A stretch of DNA of 60,000 bases from Malacoraja senta (lineage: Eukaryota): positions 21,392,001 through 21,452,000 of the forward strand of contig CM075987.1 of assembly GCA_038087875.1 (NCBI GenBank), given 5' to 3'. Shown here piece after piece: positions 25,820-38,069 of this stretch. The translations under genes and the position numbers were made by a program. Positions within the stretch are counted from its first letter, which is position 1, and every line of letters begins with the position of its first letter. Below the pieces are notes generated by a model that was not told where the DNA came from, made no database searches, and saw only the letters and a list, made by a program, of their open reading frames with translations.

Positions 25820-26299
25820 GTGTTAAAACTGTTCCTACATTTCTCACAGAGTACAATTATTTACGCAAGCTGTGTATTTATTTCAATGACTACCCCTTCC
25901 CTCAAATTCAATTTTTAAATTAGCTGATAAATTTTTAAAGAGGAGTTCCACAGGTACTACCCAAGTAAAATCTGAACTGCATTATAATGTAGAATTTATA
26001 GCAAAGAAAGGGTAGCGCGTCAACCAATGTTTGCCGACCTTGAGCCTCCTCCCACCTCTTCTATCCCTATCAATGTATTTTTCCCTTCCTCTCCCTTGTG
26101 TGACAGTCCAGCTCTGTCTTAAATGCATTTATCTTGTATATTATCAAAAGGAAAACCCATCTCTTGATATCTACTATACCGCACTGCTAATATGACAGCC
26201 CAATTAAATTTCCTATCTAAGAAAGATAGTTGCGTTATTCTATTGAGACTTGCTAATGATTGAAATTAACATGTAATTACTGTATGATTCTATGCCTAG

Positions 26300-26404
26300 G
26301 AACATCCACATGACCTGAATCATGCTTGGCGCTGGTTAGCTCAGATGTTAAACATGGAACCATTGGCTGACGTGACTGCTACACTACTCTTTGACTTCTT
26401 GGAG
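26300..26404 (+). CDS. GLE1: GLE1 coding exon (exon 13 equivalent), 105 nt
   Basis: tag|GAA...GAG|gtatg; [35 protein letters not shown]. Confidence 0.97.
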
Positions 26405-26725
26405 GTATGACACTACTTGCATCATACTATTTTTCTAATGTAAGTAACAGACAGTAATTAGACTTTGGACTCCACTTAAAACTGCTTCAACATTTCAGAC
26501 ACCCTTATTATTGGTAGGCTGTGGAATAATGAAATGGTTGGGAGAATTATTTTTGATAAATGGACTTTGTTTTCAATGATTGCCATATCATAAATGCAAA
26601 GCTTAACCTCAACTAGCCGTGTGACAACTTTGAAGCACCACATTGAAATAAGTAAGCCAAAGCCAAGAGATAGTGCAGAGGTGTAACGCAGGAGAATTGT
26701 ACTATAAATTAGGACGTTTGGTTAT

Positions 26726-26923
26726 TGTAGATCAGTGTCACTCATGTTATGAGTCATACTTTGTAGTTACGCCCACTAGCTTTACAGTAACCCTCCCTGC
26801 CTGGTTCCCACATTATTAGAGAAACGTGCTAGCATGAAGTTACCGATGCTGTAACGTTAATAAAGCCTTTGGACATTTATCACGGTGTAAGGCTTCAGTT
26901 ATTTGGACAGCGACATCGCAACA
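26726..26923 (+). mobile_element. Solo LTR (198 bp)
   Basis: TGT...ACA termini, 5-bp TSD GTTAT (26721-26725 and 26924-26928), internal AATAAA near 26859. Confidence 0.7.
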
Positions 26924-27099
26924 GTTATGTTGATGTTAGAAAAATTGTATCATTCTCCTTGGAGTGGGAAAGATTGAGATTTTGCATATGCGTTCAAAAA
27001 TATTTGATGGTTTGACTAAAGAAATTATTTCTACTTGACATTGTGGGTGAATAAGCAGAGAAACAGCTTTAACAATTTAAAATGTTAACTTTTAAGCGA

Positions 27100-27465
27100 A
27101 GGTTAACCCTGTTTCTGTCTCCTCAGACACAGCCTGATCTGCTGAGTATTTCCACCCTTGTGTGTTCATTCCAAATTTCCAGCATCAATAGTATTTTTAT
27201 TTGGTTTTATAATTTAATCCACTGCTACCTTTCCAGTATTCTTTGTCTCTATTAGAGAGAACAAATGCAAATTGGATGACCACTTCAAGCATGAAGCACG
27301 ACCCCAAGTTTCCAGTTGCCTGTTGCTTTAATTGTCTATCTCACTCCTCTTTGACTTCTGTCCTTGCCCTCTGACATTGTGCTAATAAAGCTCAATACAA
27401 GGTCAAGAAAAAACATATCATCTTCTGACTGGCACAGTGCACCCTTAAACATTCAACATTGAATC
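27100..27465 (+). mobile_element. Old Penelope-like remnants (terminus plus degenerate GIY-YIG region)
   Basis: gcctgatctgctgagtatttcca terminus motif; decayed ccagttgcc..ttt and catatcatcttctgactgg resemble the element at 55 kb. Confidence 0.5.
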
Positions 27466-27975
27466 AAAAAGTTATATTTATCAGTATTTTTATCAGTACC
27501 TTTATCCAGCTTTCTTTACAGAATCCTTTGGTGATATCAAAAGTTTTGTATTTTCACCTACTCTTGAGAATATCACTGTTTATGTCACTCTGTCTCTCCT
27601 GCCTTATACCCTATCACATATTTTTCCTTTCATTCTTTCCTCATGTCTTTGTGTCCAATAAAAAGTATTTCAAGTTCTTCCCAGATCGGATGGTAGCTCC
27701 TTGATCTTAATCGTAAACTCAGTTTCTCTCTGCACAGATTGTTGAATGTTTCCAGAATTACTAATTGTATTTGTTTGTAGAAGGAGATGCAATAGTAATT
27801 TTCAAGAAGAAAGGAGGAATTTATTGGGGAGGGGGATTCATTGGATGGGTTTTTCAAAGAGGATGCTCTGGTGGAATACATTAAGTTATAGCCTGCACTG
27901 GAGTATGACAATGTAGATGTGTATTATTCCCATTAATATTATGGAGTTTAATATTGCTATTTGTTTCCCCCACAG

Positions 27976-28058
27976 GTCTGTGGCCATGCTTTGATGTTAA
28001 AGTACCAGAATCAGTTCTGGAAAATGATCCGACTAATCATGAATGAATATTTCCCCAG
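27976..28058 (+). CDS. GLE1: GLE1 coding exon (exon 14 equivalent), 83 nt
   Basis: cag|GTC...AG|gtagg; [28 protein letters not shown]. Confidence 0.96.
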
Positions 28059-28583
28059 GTAGGAAACTAATGATGGTTGTGGATATTTATCCCCTCATGG
28101 AATACACAAAGATAATCCAAGAATATTTAGATGTTATGTTAGTTATTTAGTTTGATGTTATTTTGCAAACAAAAATAACGTATTAATTTAATTTTCGCGA
28201 TTTAAAGGCACCCCAAAATGTGTTGATAAAGAAAGAGTAATCTAATAATATTAGTTGAAAACAGCTTCAGAAAAAGGTGCAGGAATGGGTAATTTGTCCC
28301 CTTGCGCCTACTTTGTCTGAGGTTCAGTCTTTCCATTGACCTGAGGTTATTTACTGAGTCTGACCATATTCATCGCTGAACTAAAATCACTAAAATTTTA
28401 CAATAATACTTGTTTGTAGGTTATTGACGTGTAAATTAATTGCTACATTTTTGGTAAAATGAAGATTTTGATAATCTTACTACACATCAGGAAGCACTTT
28501 GAGATGAATTGATATTACAAACAATCTATGCATATGTGTGTATTAAAAAATATAAATAAATTACTTCTGATATTTTTCTTCAG

Positions 28584-28647
28584 GATTGAAGCTGTTACAG
28601 GCAGTGGTCAAGTTGGGGCCCTAATCCGGTTGCGCCAATTCCTCGAG
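28584..28647 (+). CDS. GLE1: GLE1 coding exon (exon 15 equivalent), 64 nt
   Basis: cag|G...GAG|gtaag; IEAVTGSGQVGALIRLRQFLE. Confidence 0.96.
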
Positions 28648-29699
28648 GTAAGTGCTCCTCTTTGTATGATATAATTTCTCAATTCAAGCTCTGCTATGAT
28701 TTTTGGACATTTTCCAATTGATGCGTATAGAGTAAAATAAAATCCTCTCCCCATACAGTGATCATTAAATACACATGTCAGCAAAAGGACCTAGAGATAG
28801 CAACATTTATATTTAATTCAATGCAATAATGTATCCCTAAGTGCTTTGCAGGAACATTATCAACTGAAATTTAAGGTCAAGAGATTTAGTAAGGGTTAAT
28901 TTCAGAATTTGAAGGCTTGGCAACTAAATGCACAGAAGAGGAATAGAGGGATTAACATATTGGAGAAAGGAACCTGCTGACACGTGTGCACTCAATTTCA
29001 AGCCAAGTTTCTGTATTACAAATACAGATTGAAAGTACCAGAAAGCTTTGATTTATTTAGCACCTTGCATGACTTTGATAATTCAAGCCAATTCACAGAA
29101 ATAATCACAATAGTGAATACCTGGAAAAAGTAGATATTTTGCTGCCATTAATGTTGATAGATCATTTCTGTTAGGTCTATCCACTGGACACGAGGTGAAT
29201 GACCTCTGTAAATTGCCCCTAGTGTGTAAGAAATGGTTGAGAATGTGGGAGAGCATAGAACTAGCGTGATCAATGGTTAGTGTGAACTTGATAGGTCGAA
29301 GGGACTGTTTTCATGCTATATCTTTCAATCAATCAATATAAAAGCTTGTGTATTCTACACATTGCAGGAGAATTCCACATGTTAAATAACATTGTTTTCA
29401 AATTGCACATTTCAGAATTCAGTGCCTTTACTTGTTTCATTAGCGTAATTTAAAATAATGTTTGTGGTAAAAGTGAATCAAGAAATTTGGCCATCTTTCA
29501 GCGGCTAGTTATTTAAATGTTATGATCAGCTGTCCAGTCTAAAATATGTTGAAACTTTAAAATATAAACAAGATTCTAACAATAAAATTGGAATGGGCTT
29601 CAGTACAACATATCTGATCTTTTAGACCAGATTTGCCTGAGAAATATGTTTCCTACAAGTGCTGCTCAACCTGCAGAGTTTCACCAGCAGACTGTTAAG

Positions 29700-30725
29700 A
29701 AATGCCTTCCTTGAAATTAGTAGATTTATCGATAGCAAGTAAGATTGTGTAAAGCTAAAGCAGGATACAGATCCAATGGAAGGTTGGGCGGAGCATTGAT
29801 AACTGGAATTTAATCCTGATGAGTGTATGGTGATGCCCAAGGTGATACCTAAGGTGATGCCTAAGGTGATCGTGATGCCTAAGGAATTTTGATGAACAGA
29901 GGGATCTCAGCTTTCAAGTTCATAGTTTCCTAAAAATGGCACATAGAATGATGAAGAAGTCTCCTAGCATGTCTGCCATCATAGGTCAGGGCATAAAATT
30001 TGGGATGTTATGGGGCATCTGTAAAAACACTGGTTAGCGTATTTGGAGTTAGACACAAAATGCTGGAGCAACTCAGCGGGAGAGGCAGCATCTCTGGAGA
30101 GAAGGAATGACGATCCGTCTGAAGAAGGCTCTCTACCTGAAACTTCAACCATTCCTTCTCTCCAGAGATGCTGCCTGTCCCGCTGAGTTACTCCAGCATT
30201 TTGTGTGTATCTTTGATTTAAACCAGCATCTTCAGTTCTTTCCTACACAGTGTATTGGAGTATTGTGTGCCCTTCTAGTTTTCAGACCACAGGGGGATAT
30301 GTTTGCACTGAAGTTAATGCAGAGGGGGGTAACTAGGGTTTTGCCCTGATTGGAGGACTTTAGATATGGGGAGAAATTGGACAGGCTGGGTTAGTTTCTC
30401 TCGGTGATCTTAGAGATATTTGAAAATATAAGGGGCCAAGCACGGGTAGATCGTCTGAATCTTTTTTTCCCATGGTACGGTAATAAGTTTAAGGAGATAG
30501 GAAGGATTTTTAACCAAATGGCTATTTTGTAAAATGTCTGCCAGAAAAATTATGGAATCGGATACGATGATGAGACATTTAAATAGGCACTTGCACAGAA
30601 ATAGGCAAGGCATAGAAGAATATGGACCGAGTATGGTTAAATTGAATTTGTGTAAACAGGCAAAATGGTTGGCATGGACGTGGTGTGCCAAAAGGCTTGT
30701 TTCTGTGCTGGACAATGCTATGACT
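29700..30725 (+). mobile_element. Degenerate CR1 fragment in the last GLE1 intron
   Basis: W-LEFNP, LEYCV and RHLNRHL remnants; CR1 3' end ggcttgtttctgtgctggacaatgctatgact; short GATGCCTAAGGT tandem at ~29832-29884. Confidence 0.7.
30051..30248. mobile_element. Palindromic Penelope-terminus insertion
   Basis: acacaaaatgctggag...ctctggagagaaggaat is inverted against attccttctctccagagatgctgcctgtcccgctgagttactccagcattttgtgt. Confidence 0.85.
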
Positions 30726-30762
30726 GTAAATTTTTTATTTCTCCTGTCTGTCTGCGTTACAG

Positions 30763-30831
30763 AAATGCTTGAAACAAAAAGATTTTCCTTTACCGAAGGG
30801 CTACCTAAAACCTGCATTCTGGAAGTCATGA
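30763..30831 (+). CDS. GLE1: GLE1 terminal coding exon (GLE1B-type C-terminus) with stop codon
   Basis: cag|AAA...TCA TGA; KCLKQKDFPLPKGYLKPAFWKS* versus recalled human [22 protein letters not shown]. Confidence 0.96.
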   Translation, partial: KCLKQKDFPLPKGYLKPAFWKS

Positions 30832-32138
30832 ACAATTCAAAGGACTGGATCAACAAGCCAAGGAAATTTTACTTGCTCTCGACTAAATCATTTTTTAAAT
30901 TTTACTGTTATATACTAATATTAAAAATAATTAACTTAAGTGGGATTGTCAGATTAATTGAATGTTTATACTTAATTTGTCAGTTCTACTGTGACTTAAA
31001 GCTTTGTGTTGCTCTTGATGTTCAAAAATTTGTAGTCCTCTAAGCTATAGTAATTGACAAGAGGGCAAACAGTGTTTGAGAAGCTGTGTATTTTAATTGA
31101 TTGTTTTGTGATTTGGGGTTTATTATGTAACATGAAATGATCATGTGACTATTATTGTATGAAGTAATCAGCATCCACTGTCGTCACAGGTTGCATCAAG
31201 TATTTACGGATCGCTACAGTGGATGTTTCTTGAGAGTATTAATAGGTTGTGGGAAGCCCTTATAATATGCTGTATACTGACTTTGTAAAAATATTTGTGG
31301 TATCTTGTGCATTGGACACTCAATCTAATGATTGATGTGAATGGTGAAGTAACTTGCCTAGGATTTGGTGAATTATTTCCTTTTGAAGGCATCATGTTCT
31401 TTTTTAATATTGTTTTGCTAACTACTTGGTTTCCGTTAACTGTGTACCTTGAATAATTGAGTAGCCTGCTATACTTCAAACTTGCTATCTTCCACCAAGC
31501 ACATTCTCCCCTTGAAGTAAAATTGATTGTATTGAGCGATGACTACTAAATCTGTCCTCTCCACTGAGGAGTACTCTGGTAATCTGCCTGATGGGGAACC
31601 AGTTAGATGTGGGGTTGGGAAGTTTTACTCGATCCTTTTCTGCTTATCCCATTACTATATTTTCTACACTTTATATGGTGTATTTTGCCACTTCCCTGGG
31701 AAAAATATGCAATTATGCATATAAATAAGTTAAGTATTTAAGTCATTTCTAGAAAATTATGAAGACCATTGCATCCATCTGCTTTGTGACTTTGTGGTCC
31801 ACGTAAGCTGCCCCCTGTTGTATTTTCATTTTTCTCTTATCAACTGATAATTCTATTTATTTCATCATTATGCTCACTGAGTAGAATAGCCTTGTGCAGA
31901 AATTTCTATTTGCATAGAATTTTCAACACCTCGGATGGCTATTTGGCCCATCTAGTCCAAATCTGCATGAGTGGATATAATAGGCTCTTCCTATCCTGCC
32001 CCATCAGCAAAATGTTCTTTCTTCATTGAATTTATTGGTGGCTCTCTTGTATTTATGAACCCCAGTTTAGGATATTTTCACTACAAATGAAATAGTTTTT
32101 CTCCTTTAAATAGCCATTTTTAATTTTAAAGATCTCTA

Positions 32139-32217
32139 GGGTAGACACAAAATGCTGGAGTAACTCAGTGGGACAGGCAGCATCTCTGGAGGGAAGGATT
32201 TAGACCCTTCTTCAGAC
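32139..32217 (-). mobile_element. Short Penelope-terminus insertion
   Basis: gtagacacaaaatgctggagtaactcag...gacccttcttcagac; 14-bp TSD TTTAAAGATCTCTA at 32125-32138 and 32218-32231. Confidence 0.85.
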
Positions 32218-33595
32218 TTTAAAGATCTCTACCTCTCCTAGAGTTTAAAAAAAAAATGTTGTCACGAAACTGAGATTAACTAGCCTTTTTTAAAAATGGA
32301 AAATAACCATGTGATACCGTTTCTGTATTTCTTCTGTGCAAGGAGAAAGAAAATTAGAGGTCAATTCATAAACAATTGTTGAATGAACATGGGCTATCCT
32401 ACTTGATTTTGGTCAGAAGACTTTTTGTATTGCATTGTGTCAAATCTCTTATCGTTTTGCAAAGAGCATTTGTGTTAAATGTATTCCTAAATGCAATAGT
32501 TTATAGCATTTTTGGAATTTAGCATTTATGAATTAATGGGTTTTGTCCTTTTGTATGCAAGATGCAGTATCCACTTTATGTAATGATTTTAACAGAGCAA
32601 AAATATTTCAAAACAACACTGGCATTATCAAACAGAAAATTGATATTGTATCATGTGAAGGTATTGGTGCATTACTAAACTTTTAAAACTGGATTTTAAT
32701 GAGAGTCTGCAGGAGGGGTAGAGAGATCATACGACATAGGTGTAGAATTGGGCCATTTGGTCCATTGAATCTGCTCTGCCATTCAATCGTGGCTGATCTA
32801 TTTTTCTTTGATGCCCTTACTAATCAAGAAACCTATCAGTCTCAGCTTTAAAGATAAATATCATCTGCAACCACTGCTTTTGAGATAAAGGAGAAGATCT
32901 CCAAGCTTTTAAGAACTTGGATCTAAATGATGGAGTGATTTTGTTTTAAAATAATTTTACTGAGTAAGCCAAAAGTCAAAGTATGCAGATAACTCTAAGG
33001 GGCTGAAAGAGGCTGTACAGATAGAAAGGGGCAAGACATGAAAGCGAGGATAAGAATTTTGAAGTTAATGGTTTTCTGAGCTGCAATATCATGGAGAACT
33101 GATAATTGGGATGATGTATATATCACATGCAGCATGCCTTACTATGATAGAAAGTTATAGGGAAGGCAGGAGTACAATGAAATGTTCGTGTTTTGAGGTG
33201 AACCCTTGGATGAGGGATTCAGCAGAAGATGGGCGAGTTGGATGGTGATAATGGGTTGGAACAGTCTAAATCTGTCACAGAAACAATGTTCAAAACTTAT
33301 CTTTGTCAGAAAACATACCTTGCTTGTGAGCAGTGAATCCATTTTCAGAAAGATGCAATGTGACCGATTCCATGACTGGGAGGACGGTCTTTGTGACAAG
33401 TACTTTATTTTTTTTCACTGAACCATTCCTAAATGTCAGACAGGCTGACAATTTATAAATACCAGGCCAAGAGAGATGGTGGTGATTTGATAAACGTGGA
33501 TATTATTATGATATAGTGGAAACCGTTGTGCTTTAGAATGATGATGCTGAGGAGCAGTACATAGGCAAGCATTAAGAAGGAAGTTGAAGGATGAA

Positions 33596-34665
33596 TCAAG
33601 AGTGTTTAATTGTCAATTGAACTGAAAACAAAACTATTGAATTATTTCTTACTTATTTTCTTACTTGCACAGTGTATTATGTTTACATATTCTGTTGTGC
33701 TGCAGCAAGCAAGAATTTCATTGTCCTATCTGGGTCACATGACAATAAAACTCTTGACCTGACTTGACAGATCTGTAAACACAGTACTCATGAATAACAC
33801 AATAATAAAAATAAAATTGACAAATTAAAATGCATTGTTAACGCAAAACAAAAGCCCGGGGTCCCTAGTTCAACCAAAACCATTGTAATTAATAATTTAT
33901 TTGGTGTTTGTACTGTTCAAGAGCCAGATTTTTGGGAAGAAGCTGTACCTGAACCTCCCGATGAAGAAGAATTGGCAGTAATTTGTCCAACAATAATGGC
34001 GTGATTGTCATTTAATGGTGGGTAGGAGCTGTGTCCGGCTACACAGTCATGGGTATAGAGTGAGTATAGAAGGAACTAAGCACACAGCCTTGGTGTGCCT
34101 GTGCTGATGGTTATCGAGGAGGAAGTGTTATCAATTCGTAGCTATCTGGTCTGTGATGAGGACATCACGATCCAGTTGCAAAGGATGCACAGAGACCCAG
34201 TTCTGTGAGCTTGGTAACAAGTTTTGAGGGGATGATGGTGTTGAATGCCAAGCTGTAGTCTATGAACAGCAGCTTGACGTATGTTTTCTTATTGTCCAAA
34301 TAGTCAATGCAGAATGGAGAGCTAACAAGATTGTATCTCCTATTGATCTATTGTGGTCGTGGCAAATTGTGGGTCTGGGTTCTTGCTAAGGTAGGAGTTG
34401 ATATGCGCCATAACCAACCTGTCAAAGAGGTTCATCGCCACAAACGTACTACATGTCGAGTTATCGAGGCATGCTATCTTACTCTTTTGAGCACCAGTAT
34501 TATTGATGCCCTTTTAAAGCAGATGGGAACTGCAGATGTCTGTAATGAGATGCCCGCAAACACTAGACAGTTGGTCGGTGCAGGTATTGAGAACGCAACC
34601 AGGTTCAGATGCTTTTTGAGGGTTCAAACTCATGAAGGATCTTATGATGTTGTCCTCAGTGATTG
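33596..34665 (-). mobile_element. Rex1/Babar LINE remnant with a nested opposite-strand 3' end (~33655-33765)
   Basis: Minus strand ~34210-34285 reads [26 protein letters not shown]; boundaries approximate. Confidence 0.75.
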
Positions 34666-36533
34666 AGATAAGATTGTCAGGAGGATAATATGATCAACTG
34701 TCAGTCTGCTGGTTGGTCAATGAGAACAAGGATGGGGATTATCCCTTATGCTATAAGAGGAGTGCAATAACTTAATCCCACTCCTTTCTTGGCTGAGAAT
34801 GGGAAGTATCAACTGGGTTTCTAGCTGATTACTGCTTAAAGAACTTTGCTGTGAATTATGTCAATCTATTGTAAGTGTCTTAATTGCATCTAGAGGTTTC
34901 TGATCTAATTTATTTCAGTTTATATGTGTTTTTTTGGTATTTGCAGTATCTTGGTCGGTTTATTGTATTTCGAATAACTAATTTATTGTATTTCTCTTTT
35001 GTTAACTAATGCTCCTATAAAGCTGCAATAAGTAAGAATGTTGTCGTTCAGTTCATATGACGAACACTCTTGAACCTTTTGAAGAGCTTGGGGGGTAAAG
35101 TGCCATCTGTGGATGGACTGCACCAGACTGCATCAGAACTCAAATTAGAGGTAAGGTAGTCAATATATCAAAGTGAGAGGGAGAGGTGAGTTGGAGACTG
35201 GTAGTGGTGGGATTATTCAGTTTGTGGAATGATGAGCCATATGAGCCAATGATGGGCTGGGGGAGGTGGCATTCAGATGGAGTGAGGTTGGAAGGTGTGG
35301 AGAAGTTGCGGTGGTCAATGTTACATTGGTAATTTGAAATTAAAACTCAAGAGGGGGTAAGACGTCCAAGTGGAAGGGGAGAGCTGGGGACATAGAAACA
35401 GCTTGTCGGTAAGGGGTGAGGATTCCTTGCTGAAGAAATAGTCAAGTTGAGTTTATTAACATGCACAGTTAGTCTGATTTTTGTGCTGGTCCCTGAACAG
35501 TTCATCTTGAGATGTTAATGTCCAGGAATTTGAAGCTGTTGCTTCTATTGCTGACCCACCAATGAAAACTGGCACATTTTTAAAAATCAATGAATAGTCA
35601 CAGACAGTGACAGCAGAACTTAACATCTTGTTAGACCCCAAACTCGGGGTGCATGGGTACGAACGTGAGTCTTCTGCGAGGACTACCCACTTGGTGTCGG
35701 AGAGGATGAAGTTAAGGGGGAGGGAGAAGGTGACAACATGGCATGGGTTGGAGCTGGGGTGAGATATTACATTGGAAGGGGGGTGGGGGGAGAAGTAAAT
35801 TTAACATTGAAATTAACGGAGAGGTGAAACAGTTCCTTGCCCCAAGCATTCACTGCGTAAGTCCTCGGCAGGAGGGGAAATTTAGTGGGGGAAAGTCCTT
35901 GACCCTGCTTGATTATTCTGAGCCCATTTGAATTTAAAAATATATTTGAATTAAGGTACAGAATCACTGCAGATGTTGTTTTGCACATGGTTGTTTAATA
36001 CCCTAAAACTAATATGGAAGAGAAATATGAGGGAAGTGACTGAAAAGTATGTCATTTGGTAGAATAAAAATGATTACAGCAATGTGCATGCTTTATAGCA
36101 CAGGTAAACAAGTGCTAAATAGGAAATCTGACTGGAGTAGAAAAAAGTACAACTTTTCTTTGTTTCCAAATAATGGATCTTTTTGTAGTATTATATAAAA
36201 AGAATTAGATCTTTTTAAGAATAATAGCTTTGCCAATACTGGCGACAAAAAAAAATGCTGAGTAATTTGAACAGCTGCCAAATTTTTAACTGCATTTTCC
36301 AGAGCCTTTCCTGGTGGAACGGTGGTATTGTGGGCTCTGCAGATATTTGGTGCAGTGTGCACAATGCATAGGATTGCGTGATTAGGTTTGGGACAGAATT
36401 GCATGTGGTAGAAAAATGTGCCTTATTTAAAGGGGAAATGTTCTTAACCCGAGTACCACTAATTGAAAGGGAAAAAATGAAATAGGACGAGTGGGTGTAG
36501 TGTGTTGATAGATTAGTTCATTGTCCTAGACTG

Positions 36534-36641
36534 GAAAGACAAAAAACTGCAGATGCTGGAATCTTGAGCAAAACACAAAGTGCTGGAGGAACTCTGCAGA
36601 TGAGGCAGCATCTGGGGAGGTAACTTTTCAGGCTGGGACTA
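36534..36641 (-). mobile_element. Short Penelope-terminus insertion
   Basis: aactgcagatgctggaatc...tgctggaggaactc; 17-bp TSD TTCATT(G/A)TCCTAGACTG at 36517-36533 and 36642-36658. Confidence 0.75.
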
Positions 36642-36909
36642 TTCATTATCCTAGACTGCTGAGGGACTCTTGTAGCAGCAGCTGAGATGTATTACCTTGT
36701 ACAACTCCCATTGTGATAGGATTTCTCTCTAGACCTCTGGTCGATATTTCTCTCTGGTTTATTGTAATCTTTATCAGATTTAGCTGTGAATAATTTGGCT
36801 GTAGTATTTTCTGCATCAGACTCTACATTAAACATGTAGCTTGTTGGATACATTGTTCTTCGGATCATAAGACAGCAGAATTTGACCATTCAATCCATCA
36901 AATGTGCTT

Positions 36910-37745
36910 TTATTCTGAGGCTGTGCCCTCTGGTCCTAGATTCTTCTACTACTCAAAACATCGCATTTGCCTTCCTTAATACCGACTCAACATGCAAATT
37001 AAAGTTTTGGGAGTCCTGCACTTCCAAGTGCCTTTACTACTCCAATTTCTGAATCCTTTCTCGATTTAGAAAATGGCCTACTCCTTTATTCCTTCTACCA
37101 AAGTGCCCTTCTGCAGCCTCCCTGCTTCCTCAACACTACTTGCCCTCCACTTATCTTTGTATCATCCCCTGCAATTCCAACATCCAGATCATTCATATAT
37201 AGCGTGAGAAGTACACTTCTCCCAACACCGACCCTTGCAGAACACCATTAGTCACTGTAGGAAGGCTTAAACAGAAGATAGACACAAAAAGCTGGAGTAA
37301 CTCAGCGGGACAGGCATCTCTGGAGAGAAGGAATGGGTGTTGTTTCGGGTCGAGACCCTTCTTCCGCCATTAGTCACTGGTCGCCAACCAGAAAAGACCT
37401 CCTTTCGTCCCACTCCTTGCCATCTGCAGTCAGCCAATCTTCCTTCCATGCTAATACCTTGCCTCGAATACCATGGCCTCCAATCTTGTTTAGCAGCCTC
37501 ACGGGCTGCGGCTGGTCAAAGGCCTTCTGAAAATCAAAGTAAATAAAATCCATAGAATCTCCTTTGTCTATGCTGCTTGTTACTTCCTCAAAGAACTCCA
37601 AGATTTGTCAGGCAAAGTACCCTGAAACCTCATCCTTAATAATGGACGCTAAAGTCTTACCAATCACTGAAATCGGGCAAACCGTCTTATAATTTTCTTT
37701 TTTTTTGCCTTGCTTGCTCCCTTCTTAGACAGTGGAGTTACATGT
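36910..37745 (-). mobile_element. Degenerate CR1 RT fragment
   Basis: ORF 37374-37601 has EFFEEVTSSIDKG..DFIYFDFQKAFD. Confidence 0.8.
37258..37366 (-). mobile_element. Short Penelope-terminus insertion inside CR1
   Basis: 13-bp TSD CCATTAGTCACTG at 37245-37257 and 37367-37379. Confidence 0.85.
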
Positions 37746-37941
37746 GCTTGGGGCGACTACGTGAATGTGTTATCTTCTAAAACCCATATGGGGTAAGTAT
37801 ACCTCGTATCCCGTATCTATAACTTGCATCCCTAAATATTCTCCCATCAGAATAGCTGTAAATGTATAGGCTTGCACACGCCCCTATGTCATTTAATCTG
37901 TGTCCCAGTTTTCCCTTACCAAATATCGTTGTAAATGTACT

Positions 37942-38015
37942 TTTAACAACTGGGTACTCTCACAATAGTATGAACGTCCCACTTCATACTATTGTGAGAG
38001 TACCCAGTTGTTAAA
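37942..38015. repeat. Perfect 33-bp inverted repeat with an 8-nt loop
   Basis: TTTAACAACTGGGTACTCTCACAATAGTATGAA-CGTCCCAC-TTCATACTATTGTGAGAGTACCCAGTTGTTAAA. Confidence 0.95.
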
Positions 38016-38069
38016 GAGTAGTTCACCACCCACTTCTTAAATAGGCAATACATGCCATATTTATAAAAG

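Noticed and set aside
29832..29884. 12-bp direct repeats as a CRISPR-like array
   Set aside because: Simple slippage tandem without spacers, inside a CR1 in a eukaryotic genome
30534..31043. 169-aa ORF spanning the end of GLE1
   Set aside because: Chance frame across a CR1 tail, intron, an out-of-frame exon and 3' UTR
30832..32100. GLE1 poly(A) site
   Set aside because: Only variant signals were seen (for example ATTAAA near 30920); it cannot be placed without transcript data
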